Both the position numbers and the translations under genes were made by a program. Below are positions 1 through 13,470 of a stretch of 64,000 nucleotides of DNA, piece after piece. Every line of letters begins with the position of its first letter. The stretch's first letter is position 1. The notes beneath the pieces are model-generated. The model did no database searches. It saw nothing but the letters and a program-made list of their open reading frames with translations, and was not told where the DNA came from. The stretch is from Camelus ferus (Eukaryota). The stretch is from NCBI RefSeq assembly GCF_009834535.1, contig NC_045698.1, forward strand, positions 8,372,001 through 8,436,000, written 5' to 3'.

Positions 1-925
1 ACTCCCTCAATAATTAAGGAGTATAAAGCAGAATGAGAGTCAATTTCTCTTTTTATGTAAATTAATGACAGAATTTTTTTTAAAATCTACTTTATCATCG
101 TAAAATACACCATCAGAATAATTTAATTTTTAACATGGTAAATGGCTCAGACCAATACCTTAGCCTCACTTCAATATTAATTTTATCTCAATTAGGAAAT
201 TTTAGGTAGAGATATAGCAGAGTATTCTTTTTTCACTGTTGGCACCAAGAATAACTCCATGATTTTTTTGTCATCTGGGAAGATTTCAGAAGCAACACAA
301 ATGAATATTTCTTTTCAGGCAAGTTCTCCATGGACATGTGTCAGTATGCATAACAAATACGATGACATTAGATAGCACTATTCAAACACTTTCTTGGCAG
401 TTGCAGCAAGAAACAAGGGCACTGCCCTTTGGCCATGGAGACCAGAGCACCTCATCCAGTGTCTGCCCAGATGGAAGACTGACACAGTGAGCCAGTGGGG
501 GCACTAATGGAATAATCTTACAAAAGTCAGGTTTGGAAAAGACAGAAAGCAAGAGACAGTTTCATGTCCTCTTTAAATATTAACACACAAAAAAATCAAC
601 GATCTTAAATACTGCTTTTCATTTTCTAAGCCAATAATATTAATATATAATGGTACAGTGAAGCAATCCCTGTTCTGGAATTCTCCCGTGTCAGTGGCAG
701 CCTAAAATCAATGAGGGGAGAAATCCACTACAAAACTGTGAGATGATTTATTAAAATATTTTGACAAGTATAAACTAATTGTTTATTCATTTAAAAGTAT
801 AGATGCTTCTTGGGTTATGCTCTATCCCGTGACAGAGTAAAGAGGCATTCAGAAGAGAGTTCTTCACAACGGGCATCTTAACAACGGAACAAACTGTTGA
901 TTCTTTATCCCTTTCCCTCCAAAAT

Positions 926-968
926 GCAGCATGTACCCATCAGCAGCAGCATGTACCCATCAGCAGCA
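926..968. repeat. 20-bp perfect tandem duplication
   Basis: GCAGCATGTACCCATCAGCA at 926-945 and again at 946-965, followed by GCA. Confidence 0.95.
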
Positions 969-1574
969 TATAAGCAGAAATGCCCTAGATTCATAAATCT
1001 ATTAAGCCAACTTTCAACTGCATTTAGTATATTTAAAAAGTAGCCACCTACTCTTGCAATATGAAAGTAGTCAAGTTTTAAGACAGATTTTAAGAATATG
1101 CATTTAATATGAACCATACCGTGAAACAAACATAGTTAGTTTATCCACGTTATAATTTTAAATGTCATAGTGGCAGCAGCCGATGGTTTTCAACTTTGTT
1201 ATCCCTTGTTGATGTTATTATTAGGAATTCATGCGCTGCACTAGGACTTCTGAAAAACCTCACCTGACCTTAAACAACCAAGATTACTTGCCAAGTAACT
1301 GCTTTGAAACGGGACTGAAATTGAAATAGACTGGAGGTCCCCAAGGAATCCATCGTTAATGTCTAATTACAGAGGTCCTATATTCTGCTTTATAATTACA
1401 TGATCTTCATGTAAAATGTAAAACTCAGGAAGCTTATTTTCCTTACAAATAAAAGCCAACATAGATAGAGGCTGAGTTTATGACAGATGACAAATATTGC
1501 AGAAAATTCTATTACATAGCTCAAGAAAGTTGAGAAGTCTTTTAGTTTGAGAAGCCTCTTGTTTTGATTTTCAC

Positions 1575-1712
1575 TCATTCAATCATTCATTCATTCATTC
1601 AATCATTCCCTTAACAAACAGTTATCAAACACCTATTTTGTTCCAGGCAATGTTCCAAAGAGCAGTGAAATACACAGGTGTGGCCTCACCCTCACACAGC
1701 TTACAGTCCACC
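1575..1712 (-). mobile_element. LINE-2 3' end fragment
   Basis: (TTCA)n tail followed by AACAAACAGTTATCAAACACCTATTTTGTTCCAGGC...CCCTCACACAGCTTACAGTCCA, the reverse complement of the typical L2 terminus. Confidence 0.75.
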
Positions 1713-3479
1713 TTCATTTTGGAAATACTCAATATCTGGCAATCTGCACCTGCTTCTTCTAGAAACTCAATTTTCTCTCTTTTAAGCATACCAGTTCACT
1801 TATTCCTACAGTGCCTTGCACACAGTAACCATTTCATCATGGCCTGACAGATTGAGCAGTACTTTTCTTTGTAATTGATAAATGGATAACACTAAGGCCT
1901 ATTCCAAACCTTCAAAGTTGTAAGTTGCTTTACTATCACACCTGGAGGGTGGAAATAAGAACAGAAACTTACTAGTGCGTGTTTGGTGAGCATCCGTATT
2001 CATAGGTTGGTTCTGCTTTTATCACTGAAATCAGAATTGCTGGAATGTGGTCTAGGTGCGGTCAGAGTTTAGAATAAAGGATATATTTCATGTAAGTAGC
2101 ACTTGGCTGAGGCAACTTGTGCCCCAGTGTCTCCACAGCCGTCTGGCCCTGGGAGACCTAGAAAATCTCTACTCATTACCGTGAACTGGACAGTAACCAT
2201 GATCTAGAAATGGTGCAAAGTTCTTTACTTATATCAATAACAGCTTCTACCACTGCAAATAAAGTGCTCTTTTCCCCTTTTAAAGATGAGAGAGATTCAA
2301 GAATGAAGGTGATTGGTGTCAGCCCCCAAGCTGGCATGTGGCGGAGCATGAGTCTCAGAGCAAGCCTTGAGTTTCCATTTGTAGCCCCAAGTTTCGCAAG
2401 TTCCCCCTCCTCCCCGTACGTAGTCTTGTTCTCCAGTTCCCTGTTGTCTGGGCTTCCTCAGTCTCAGTTCTTCCTCTCTCCCCTAGAAAGCCCAGGACTC
2501 ACCTTCTCCAGATATGTCCAGGGCTGTAATATGACCCAGACCCCAACTCAACACTCCCAGGAAGTCCCTCACTAACAGTTTCTTTGGTCTTATCATAGTG
2601 ATTGGGAAATTAAATGACACATTCATAATCCCAAGTATATCAGTGGAGGAATGAGAAGGAGATTTTCATGAGTTTTTTGGTCAGTTTTTGGTTTTAGAGT
2701 TTGGAGACCTACTTGTACACATTTGTTACCCCAGGGACTAGGAAATGGATAACAGGAAATCTGAGTGACACAGCCAGGCTTGGGTTCCAAGCAGTAAAGG
2801 AATGACTGGTCTTAGCTGTCGACCCCAACTCCCTGAGCAGACCATCTCCCCTTTCTCACCTTCCTTCTTTCTGGCTCTGGAAAAATGTTATTTTGTACGG
2901 CTTACTTGCCAGTTATTTTCAGGCATCCTCCATAGAACTTCACGTTTGAGTAAGAAAAATGCCAAGAGAGAAGACATTAAACATTAACATGAAGATATAT
3001 ATTCACTTTTGGAAAAAAAAATGAATAATTAATTCATTTACCTGCACATCAGGGAAGTTGGGATAAATTACATTGTTGGTATGATTCAGAAAGGAACCCA
3101 GAGCAGGAGCACCTGCTCAGAATTCTAGTCACAGTGCCAGGTTTCCTTGGAGAAGTCACTTGGCTTCTCTTCAATGAAGCCCCTTTATTTATACTATCAG
3201 AATAAGACCTGTACAGCCTGGTTCAATAAAGGTTACAGAAATGAAGTGAGATTGAAGCTGCAAGTTTTGGGGGGTCAGGGTTTTGTCTCATACAGACAAA
3301 CACAGCGTCTAGGGGAACTCCTCAGCCAGAAAGAGTCGCTTTGACCATTCCGAGGAGGGCGCCCAGCACAGGGACACCCTCACAGCAGACGGGCACGTGC
3401 TATGGAATAATGAATATATAAGAAAGTGACTTAAGTCCTACAGGGACACAAACGTGTGGAATGAGCCCGATATCAACGT

Positions 3480-3760
3480 ACTGTAGGGGCTGAAGGTCCG
3501 ATGCTGAGGAAACAGACAAGGGCCTCACGTTCTAATGGGAGAATCACAGAAAATTAACACCTACAAGAGATGATGAAGATGGCTTCTTCCAGTGATAATT
3601 ACGTGAAGAAAATCTGGTAAAGGGATCAGGCCTTCAGAGGAGGAGCCGAGGCCTTGTAGGCCATTTTAAGGCTTGGATTTTATTCTAAAGGAGCCATTGG
3701 AGGTACTTCAGTGACATGAGGTGACTGGCAGTTTTTGAAAGAAGATCGACTTCCTATATG
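3480..3760 (-). mobile_element. degraded LINE-2 fragment
   Basis: Contains GGCCTTGTAGGCCATTTTAAGGCTTGGATTTTATTCTAAAGGAGCCATTGGAGG, typical of the antisense L2 3' region. Boundaries approximate. Confidence 0.55.
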
Positions 3761-3994
3761 TTAATGTGAAACAAGGAATTAAGTTGCTGTGAAACAACAT
3801 GGAACAGTTCAAGTTATGAAGAAACAGTCCCGCTCGGATCTGATAAACCATGATTCATAGAAATCATGTAGGGTGACCAGTGAGGAGGTTATGGTGATAA
3901 CCCAGAAACAGGGATGGGGGTTGAGAATATGGTTACAATGATGAAGGCAGAAAAGCAAAAGTGCCCTAAAATGGAGCCAATAGGACATGGCAGC

Positions 3995-4584
3995 TGTGAC
4001 AGGAAAAATTCTAAAGGTGTCTCCCTCCCTGCAAGATTCCTGTCCTCTGGTTATGCAATCAGTCACTGAAGTCTACTGTGGAGGGACTTTGAAGATAAAG
4101 TTACACAAGAGTTGACCTAAAAATATGGAGCTCACCCTGGATTCAGGTGGGCCCAAATCAATCACCTGAGCCATTAAAAGGCCAGAATTTTCTCCAGTGA
4201 GAACCAGAGAAATAAAGCAGAAGAGGCAAGAGATGAGGCAGAAAAGAAGGTCAGGGAGATTCAAAGCCATGTTGCTGGCTTTGAAGAGGAAGGAAAGGAG
4301 TCCTGAGCCAAGGAATACAGGTGCACTCGAGAGGCTGAGAATGACACGTGGCCACCAGCCCACAAAGAAATGGAAACCTCAATGCCAGGACTGCATGGAC
4401 GTGAATTTGGCCAACATCTTGAATCAACTTGGAAGCAGATTCATCCCCAGTACCTGCTGACACCTTGATTTTGGCCCAACAAGACCCACGTTGGACTTCT
4501 GAGCCTGTGAGATAAATAAGGTGATGTCCTTTCAAGCCACTCAGTTGTGGTAGTTTGTCGTAGCATCAACAGGGAACCACTACA
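3995..4584 (+). mobile_element. MaLR solo LTR (MLT1D/E-like)
   Basis: TG...CA termini, internal GGTGGGCCCAAATCAATCAC and GCTGGCTTTGAAGA, and 3' TTTCAAGCCACTCAGTTGTGGTAGTTTGT...CTACA, all MLT1 hallmarks. Confidence 0.85.
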
Positions 4585-4619
4585 GCAAAGGAATAGATAC
4601 TACAATGGAATAAGGCAAA

Positions 4620-4870
4620 GAGACATGTCAGGATGACTCAGCTCCTTGGACAGAGTTTAGGGGGATGGAGGGGGCATGGATGGAGGTGGAAAGGAATGAT
4701 GGAAGAACATTTGAGAATGCGGACAGAAAACAAAAATTTTGTTTTGAATATGTTAAGCTTGAGATGTTTATCATTCAGCCCATTAGCAGTGACAAGAAGA
4801 CAGGCAGAAATACATATTTGGAGCTCAGGAGAAGTGGCCAGGGCCAGAGATGTACGCTGGCTTCATAAAT
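4620..4870 (-). mobile_element. LINE-2 fragment
   Basis: TTTTGAATATGTTAAGCTTGAGATG...TGGAGCTCAGGAGAAG...GGGCCAGAGATG matches antisense L2 body. Probably continues the L2 split by the MLT1. Confidence 0.6.
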
Positions 4871-5013
4871 GTGTCATACACATATAAATGGGGCTACATG
4901 TGTGTTCCTAGGGAGTTACACAGATAAAGTTAGAAAATCCCCACAATTTGTTTATTACCAAAGTCTAAGGAAAATCAGGAATGTTAGGAAGGAAAGGAGA
5001 CGACACACTCTTT

Positions 5014-5445
5014 TGTGTTGAATTGTAAAGACATACTGACCTCCTGATCCCCAGAACAAGTGACATTGACTGTAACTGGATTTGGTGTCTTTAAAAATGT
5101 AATCAAGTTAAAATGAAGTCATTAGGGTGGTCCCTAATCCAGAATGACTGGAGTCCTTATGAAAAAGGGAAATTTGGACAGAGACGTGAACAGAAAGGAA
5201 ACATCATCAAAGATAGAGGCAGACATAAGCGTGATACTTCCTCAAGCCAAGGAAAACCAAACAGGGCCAGCAAACCGCCAGGAACCCGGGCGAGCATGGG
5301 CAGATCCCCCCCACCCCCACAGCCTCAGGAACCCACACCTTGATCTTGGGTCTTTAGTCTACAGAACAAAGAGACAATAAATGTCTGCTCTTTAAGCCAC
5401 TGCGTTGGTGACACTTCGTTATAGGAACCCTAACTAACTAATTCA
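5014..5445 (+). mobile_element. MaLR solo LTR (MLT1A-C-like)
   Basis: GTAATCAAGTTAAAATGAAGTCATTAGGGTGGTCCCTAATCCAGAATGACTGG...CCTTAT and 3' AATAAATGTCTGCTCTTTAAGCCAC...AACTAATTCA. Confidence 0.85.
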
Positions 5446-6314
5446 CAGAGAGAATATTATGAATTTGACCCCTGAGGTAGCTGTACAGATATATTTTGTG
5501 CAGTACGGTCTCCATATTTGGCAAATATAAAATTATTACCCATTTTAAAATAAATAAAATCACTGAAAATATGGCAAGGAAAAATGATCTATTAAAACAA
5601 TTGCAACAGCAATCATACGATTTTAAGTATTCCATTTTTTAAGAAACAGCAAACACATATTAATTATCAAGCATAAATTCACTTAGAAGTTAAAGTTTCT
5701 TTCATTAGATGATATTAAAATCAACTGCAATTCAATTGATATAAATTACTATTATTTAACTATTAATCCCATGAAAAATTACGGAAAGGTGGTGCTCGAC
5801 AGCCTTCATTATGAACCCACTTCTCCACGATAATCCTCGTGTTTATTCAAATCCTGTTTTATTTCACTTAGACCTGTTAAAAGTGTCAAACTGTCAACAT
5901 CCCAAGTGGAAGAAACTCAAAACTTGGGCTGAATGTCTATGAACACAGCAGTCATCAAATCTCCTCCAATTTTAAAAGGAACATACCTTCTGCTATAAGC
6001 AGAAATTTATACATAATTAGGTCCTCTGCAAGCAATGCGCTTAAGGTTGACACTATCCATTATAAAAAATTCTCAAGTTCATTAACAAGCATAAGAAAAG
6101 AACTCGGGTACTTTATAAAATATAACACTGTGAATTCTATCAACAATTTGCAAGAACTAGTAATAGAGCTGCCAACTTCATGTATTATGCTAAATACAAT
6201 GTGAACTTACTCAGAGCAATGGAAGCTGGTAAATTCTGGAACACTATGGGTCATAGAAACCCAGAAAACAAATGACTGGAAGGAGAAAATTCATACAGTT
6301 TTACCTGGTCCAGG

Positions 6315-7320
6315 CCCAAGGCATTAGGCATCACCTATATGCTGATGCTTCTCAATCTCCATCTCTGCCCTCACTGAGCTCTAGGCAAATCTGCGTACCT
6401 CCCATTTCCACTGTGTATTTGTTGATCTGGCTTCTCTTAAGTTCACACATCCAGAGTAGAATATTTTTTTATTTCTCCCATTATCCCCGTCCCATTACTA
6501 CCATTACTCCCAACCTTTCCTCATCTTTGTAAATGGGACCATCATCAACCTTGTCCTTGGGGACAAAAACATCGAAGAGATTCTGGACCAGACTCTTTTC
6601 CTGATACCTCACAAAAAATACAGGGGCACATTTCTGTTTTTTCTGCTCGCTTGTAAACTATATCTGAATTCCTCCATTTCATATCATCCCTACTGATGCC
6701 AGCTAGTCCACCATCTCTAGCCTGCGTTTCTGCAACTGCATCTTACTTGATTTCCCTTTTCCCCTTCTTGTCCGAACCCCCTCTGCCTCTAGAATCTTAT
6801 TTCTTTTTACAGAGAAGCCAGAGGATTGTTCTAATTTTTAATCGCATCATTTCACTCCTTTGCTTAAAACGTTCCAATGACCATTTCCTCGATCAGCAGC
6901 AGCGGCAGCATCCTCATCCTCACTCTCATCACCAACATCAGCGGCAGCATCCTCATCCTCACCCTCATCACCAACATCAGCGGCAGCATCCTCTCATTCA
7001 CAGAGCACCTGGATTTGACCCCTGCCTACCTCTCCGACTTCACCTGCTTCCACACTTCCCTCTTTTCACCAAGCTGCAAGCATACGGCATTTTTCTTCCT
7101 TAGACCCCTAGAGCAATTTCTTTAGCCTGGACCTTTCTTCCCTAGACCCTCACCTGGCTGCTCCTGCTCTTCCTGAGCCTTAGCACTTACCAGAGAAGTG
7201 TCCCCACACCTAATTCTGCCCAGTTTCCCCCACTCACCCACAGCTTCATTGTCCTGTGTGTGTGCCATTGTCCTCATACCACTGACCACAACCTGAAAAT
7301 GCATGCATTACTTATTTATT
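6315..7320 (+). mobile_element. degraded LINE-2 (3' part)
   Basis: CATCACCTATATGCTGATGCTTCTCAATCT, TCACTCCTTTGCTTAAAACGTTCCAATG and pyrimidine-rich L2 3' motifs. Confidence 0.65.
6900..6993. repeat. 39-bp minisatellite, about 2.4 copies, inside the L2 relic
   Basis: Unit CAGCGGCAGCATCCTCATCCTCAC(T/C)CTCATCACCAACAT at 6900 and 6939, with a partial copy at 6978. Confidence 0.95.
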
Positions 7321-10300
7321 TTTTACCTTTGGTTGTTGTTTTACTTATAAACTTACTGTTTGTACATGGCTTAGCTTCTCTGTTTACTTTTCACAAAACA
7401 TGAGGTTCTTTTCTTTTCGATGACTTATGAATAGTTGACCTAAGGTTATAGTTACAATTTTTCCTACTGAACACAGAAAATGTGTGCTCTTTAAGTGTAT
7501 ACATTTTCCTTCCAAATCAGTGGATCTCAGGTGACCCTCTGTCACTGTGATAGTCAGTCTTAACTGAGGGAGAATTGTTAATCACTGACACCCTAATGGG
7601 AGAATGACATGTCTTAAACCACTGGGTGAACAATGGTCTATTTTATAATACTGATGATGGACACAATTTTGAAACTTATTTTTTGGTCCAGTAGAGATGG
7701 GTAATGGCCAACAGTGACCAGTAAGATAATAGGAAGGAATGTCCTTGTCTGAAGGTCTGACTGTGTTCTAGTCCTGGGAGGATGTGTCTAGACAAAGCCT
7801 GGTCTAGATCTAGGAGCCCTTAGGTTTGAAGCCACGTGCCAAGGGAAGGCTTGGCCCTGAAAGCCCCCCTCGCCCCACCTCTGCCTGCAGGCCTGGGATC
7901 TTGATCTCACAATCTCACAACTTGGCGATGATAAAGTTCTTCCCCTTGGCCAGACTCCATTAACCTTTCGTCATTATAGTTTCTTCCTAACAAAATCACA
8001 TTGAGAATCTTTTAACCTACACAATGACCTCCTTTAAACATGAGGAGAAATTTAGAACTGATTTATTTGACAGCAATTTGGTTTGAGTCCTAGTATTTGT
8101 TACGTTGATTTATGATAACAATATAAGTCGCCAATGACAAAGAGTTTTATGACTGGTTCCAGACACAATGTAGGACTTTAGTTCCCCATACACCAAGTTC
8201 CCTCTAAATGCACAGACTAAAGTCCTGGGCCATTCCACGGGAGTGCAGCTGAGTAATGACCTTCATCAGTGGAAAAACATTGATGAAGCAAAACCAAAAA
8301 CCCAATGCCTTGTGTAGGGTGGGAAGGACAAATACTTGGTTTCTACCATCAAGGAAATGACATTCAAAAACTTTGTACAGTGTTTTGTACATTGTAGTTC
8401 AAAACACTCAAGGTTTTAAACTACTTAGTTGAAAAGATGTTGAAGAGTGTATTTATGAGACTAGTTGAATATTCCAAAACACTTTAAAAGATAAGCCTGC
8501 GGTAATCTGATGTGATGTGCACTACAACCCTGTAAACCATAAGAAAGAGTGGTAGTATTTCTGAGAGGTGAGAAGTGAAGTGCGTTTTCCAGGTTTATAA
8601 ACAACATGACATTTTCATGCCAGAGGGCTGTCTTGAGCTTTACTCTCAGCCCCGGGCGCCCCACCTTCCAATAAATCACTTTCCTTCCTCTACTTATGAA
8701 AGCAAATCCTTTGGTTTCTAGCCGATGGTCTGTAACTTCTTAAGCAATAGACTATTATTACCATGTATGTTGTCTGAATCAATCGTAGCAAAAATATATT
8801 GATCCTAAATTATCATCCAGAGTTCTGCTTATGTCAAAGAAATGTGATGAATTCATATTTCTAATATGAATTACATATTATAGATTTGGCTTACACTGTA
8901 GCCTTATTGAACTTCAGCTGCATGTATGTTTAGGGGGAAGAAAAAACCTCTATTGCAGGCTGTCAAAGGAAGTTCTTGTCTGCTGAAAGACACTGTACCT
9001 AAGACAAATGGATTAGAGACGGACTCTAATTTGGGGCCAAGAGTTCGGATGCAAACTTAGGGTCTAAGTCAGTAGAAAAATTCTCTCAACAGCAAAACCT
9101 ATCAATTCGAAAACGTTCAAACTTTGATTTTAAGCAAAATTTAGATCCTTGTTAACCTACATTTCATCATGAAGTCTACAGCTTTTCACTTGAGACCATG
9201 TTGATTAGGACGCAATGAGAAAGTCTTCTTGAACCCAGTACAGATGAGGTGGATGCCTCGACCAGATCTCCTCTTCCTGTGCTCTGCTCTGTGCACAGGT
9301 CTTCCATGTCCAGGTGTCTCCACGACGACAGACAGCATTACTCGCATGAATACTCAGGCCCGCTTCACAGGCCCTCGCAGGTTCCGTTCCTTCAACCAGA
9401 ATCCTCTACCAATCACCACTCCAGTCTGGCAGACCTTAGCTCATGTCTAGTTCAGAGGTCAACTGGCATACAAAGCTCTGCTTCTCCTCCCAAGGAGAGC
9501 GACCACCACCTGCTCACATGTGCCAGGCAGATGTGCTCTCCCAACTGTCACTCCAATGTCTGACCAACACGTGTCTCTGACCATCAGTCCTCTCCAGACT
9601 CTGCGCTCTTTGAAGGCAAGACTGTACCTAACTCCTGTTGTGATCCTAATACACGTAAGTGATCAAGGCATATTTGATATTAAAAGTAAAACCTCATGTC
9701 CTCATACCCCTTTCATTTCTACTGACGTACGTGCCACTTCTAGGTATTCACCAAGCCTAGACTGTAAAGGAACGTCACCAAAGATAGAGACACAGAGCTG
9801 TAAACTTAATCCTGTGTATATGAGCATTCCTGATAGAAAACCCCAAATACCAGAGTGGGCGCTCTGTTCCAGCACGTAAATGGTGTTGACTTTGGACACG
9901 AAGAGATGTGATTTTACAAAAGGAACATTTGAAAGTGAATTTTTTTTGTTTGATTATAATCCCTATCTTTCAATGTATTATTACTCATGCTTTCTGAGTT
10001 GGAAGTTTTTTTTTTTTGTTTTTTTGTTTTTTTTTTTAGTGGGAACAGCCAATCATCTTTAAAAAATAGTATTGAACAATTCAGCATTTCTAAAATCTAT
10101 CTAAATTATTAATGACCTAAATTAGGAGATTTATGCCAAGATACAATAAATCCCAGCTATGTATTTTCCTATTTTTTCATGGTACACGATATATGGTAAA
10201 TTTTGAATATAAAGAAAAACTCTTCATAGAAAGCATGGCTTTAAGGTTATATTGCTTATTAAGACTAACTGCTTCCTATTTCTGAAAACAAAAACAAATA

Positions 10301-11662
10301 TAAAAAACTTCCAGTGTTCCCTAAGGGCCAGTTACCAATCACTTAGCAATACTTTCCATGTTTAATAGAGTCACAGATTTCCTGTCGTGAGTATGGCATG
10401 TTTCTTGAGCCCGCCTTTTCCCTTTTGAACTGAATGATGCTGTCAGTGAGATACACGTGGAGTGTGGTACCGGTCTGCTTCTTGGTGACATTTTCTACTA
10501 AATGTTTGCCAATGTCAAGATCTCTTCATCAAAATCCATTTTGCTTTGGAGTTGTTTTTGGTTTAATGTCAAGATGGCATTCATATAGCAATTATCCTGT
10601 TTAAAGTCGCCTGTAGAAGTAATGAAATTACAGACTGGCTTGCTTCTTTCCCACAACTGTGTAGACATAGGCACGTCTGTGTGTCTATGTCATTTATTGA
10701 AGCTTAAATTAAAAAATAATCTTTTTTAAAGTCCTTCTTATTCAAATTTCCTCTGTCATTTATGAAAGACATAAGCAAGCCCTGATGCTTCCTTCAAAAT
10801 GATAAGAAAATATCACCAAGACCACCATGGAATCCAGAATCCAGAAGATAAACCACCGTGAGGAGTGGAACAGCTAGCCCAGCCTGAGTTCCAATCAGGG
10901 CATCCAGAGACAGCATCACTGACATGAGCAGAATTTAATTTATATACATTACTTTCATCTCTCTGCTTCAGGCAACTTATTGCTTCCAGGTTGAATTAAA
11001 TACTACATGCACACACTTCCAGAGATAACCGTACGTGAACAGTGCAAAGAATTAGACTCTGTTGCCCATGGATGTCTCTGTTCCCCTATTTTTCACAGTC
11101 GGGACAGGGCTTGGATTCAGATTAGACCTGAATCTGTGTTTCTTTAATAGTTAGTGCGCATCTGTAGCTTAATCACAACTCATCTGTGTACTATAACTTT
11201 TGCAACCCCATCTCTTCCTCCGGCTTGCCGACAAAATCCCCATTTCCACTTTATTAGATGTATCATTGCCTTTAAATCTCTAAATCTAATTCATCTTTGC
11301 ATCTACAGTGACAAGTCAGACTGTCCATAAAATACAGATGAATTTATGTATAGAAAAACAATAGGAGTGCCAGTTTAAAAAAGTTTTATTATTTCAATCC
11401 AAAATTTAATTTCTTGCTTGATAATGTATCTTTTTCCTATACTGTTGTTTTCAGTTACTTTGAAGGTACAATTATTCTTCTGATTATTTGCGTGCCATTC
11501 ATATTTTTAGCTAATTTATACTGAATGCCTATTATGCCTATTATGCAACTGTGTTTAACAGATTAAATATCTTTCATTTATAAAACGTTCATAATAATGT
11601 TCAGAAAGGTTAAAAATTGTGCCTGAGGTATGTATTCTGATAAGTCTAAAGAAACAAGACTT

Positions 11663-12096
11663 CAGCATTTGTCATTTGTGGACTTTTGAATGATGGCCTT
11701 TCTGGCTGGTGTGAGGTGATATGTCATTGTAGTTTTGATTTGCATTTCTCTGATAATTAGTGATATTGAGCATTTTTTCATGTGCCTATTGATCATCTGT
11801 ATGTCTTCCTTGGAGAATTGCTTGTTTAGGTCTTCTGCCCATTTTTGGATTGGGTTGTTTGTTTTTTCTTATTAAGTCGTATAAGCTGCTTATATATTCT
11901 GGAGATCAAGCCTTTGTTGGTTTTATCATTTGCAAAAATTTTCTCCCATTCCGTAGGTTTTCTTCTTGTTTTATTTCTGGTTTCCTTCGCTGTGCAGAAG
12001 CTTGTAAGTTTCATTAGGTCCCACTTGTTTATTCTTGCTGTTGTTTGTATTGCCTTGGGAGACTGACCTAGGAGAACATTGCCAGGGTTTATGTCA
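11663..12096 (-). mobile_element. young LINE-1 internal ORF2 fragment (no 3'UTR or polyA)
   Basis: ORF 11826-12119(-) encodes ...INKWDLMKLTSFCTAKET...KPTEWEKIFAND...KGLISRIYKQL, which is the L1 ORF2p C-terminal region. Both ends are abrupt. Confidence 0.95.
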
Positions 12097-12530
12097 TGAC
12101 TTTTACTTACATGCACCATAAACTTAAACTTAAAAATGGAAACAATTCAGAATATATTCTCCATATTTTTCCCTTCCTTTCCCTTGCCTGTGAGTGGTCT
12201 GAAAGTAAGCCAATTTGTGGTCCTGGTGGGTTATTTATTATTTATAAATAATAAAATATTCTTTCAATCCTATGTCCAAGAGTCTCTGCTGATCAGAACC
12301 TGTATGCACTTTCAACGGAGGTCATGATTTATTTTAAATTTCTGAACTTGTTTCCATGACAATAGAGTTAAGATAAACATTCCAAACAGAAGGTGTAAGC
12401 ATTTGGGTTTAGATGAATATATAAACACGATACATTAAAATATCCCAGTTTCTTACTGTTACATAAGGAACTGAGAATCTCTGATTCACTTACTTATCTC
12501 AGAGTCTTAACCCCTCACCATTAACTACTG

Positions 12531-12544
12531 GTGCCATCTGTTGG
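12531..12544 (-). promoter_or_regulatory. candidate CTCF site
   Basis: Minus strand reads CCAACAGATGGCAC, a 13/14 match to the core CCASYAGRKGGCRS, in non-repeat sequence. Motif match only. Confidence 0.4.
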
Positions 12545-12968
12545 TACTCAAGGAACGGGCATCCAGTTGGAAGGTATCTGGATATTTCCCCAAAGAAAAT
12601 CCACAAGTTGTCTTATTATTTGAATTCTGAAGCTATCATCGTACTCTGTGTCTGCGTTTTTCACATTTCTATACTGTCTTACAAGGCATGACTCATTTCC
12701 TGTTAGTGCCTCTATTTGGTGAGACAGCTCATTTCTAGTTTATACGAAGAATTTGAGGCCAAACACTATGCTTCAAATATGCTTTCAAAAATATTAAAGA
12801 AAATGAATTAGATGCATTGTAATATCGGCAAAAAGAAAATGTTAATCAAGGTTTTTTGCATTTCTAGATTTAAAAAATTTCCTACACCTTAAATTAAAAT
12901 TTTGAAAATAGTAGCTTCTATCATAACTGGTGTGATTCTTCCCAAGAGTGGTAGGTATCATAGGGATA

Positions 12969-13470
12969 TGTTTTATTTTCTGGTAATTCTGGTGCTTTGA
13001 CACCCCGGGACTTGCTGACCCTGGAGAGACTGCCCTCCCAGGGATAGCCAGTCCCAGAGACAGAAAATGACCCTCCAGGACCACGCCTTTCACAAGCAAA
13101 CAGACCAACTGCAGAGCCCAGCCCCTCACCACCTCCTCCCTCAGGCTCTTGCCCTCAGAGCCAAAGTTCCCTTGCCTCAGTCACCCCAGGGCCAGGAACC
13201 AGACAATAGGGGCAGCCCCATCACCCAGAACCCCTGATATTACTGTAGAAGCCAGCCACTCCTCCGCCCGCTGGCCCTGCCCCACCTGGTGAGGCCTTGC
13301 CCACATTTACCCCCGTCCTCCCTCTGCCTCCTCAGAGACCCTGGCCACTCCCTGGAAGGCCCCTCACCATGTGACACATCCCTGCCTCTCTGGAACTGTG
13401 ACTTTTCAATGACAGCCATCTCCTAATCTGTTGATTACCTGAATAATTAGAAAACTTCCATTTTAAAACG
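12969..13470 (+). mobile_element. ERVL solo LTR (MER74-like)
   Basis: Starts TGTTTTATTTTC...CTTGCTGACCCTGGAGAGACTGCCCTCCCAGGG..GCCTTTCACAAGCAAACAGACCAA and ends ...CATTTTAAAAC, resembling the MER74/MER73 group. Confidence 0.75.

Noticed and set aside
6696..7125. 135-aa His/Gln-rich ORF and overlapping 82-aa ORF
   Set aside because: Produced by a 39-bp tandem repeat in an L2 relic; no splice signals or domain similarity.
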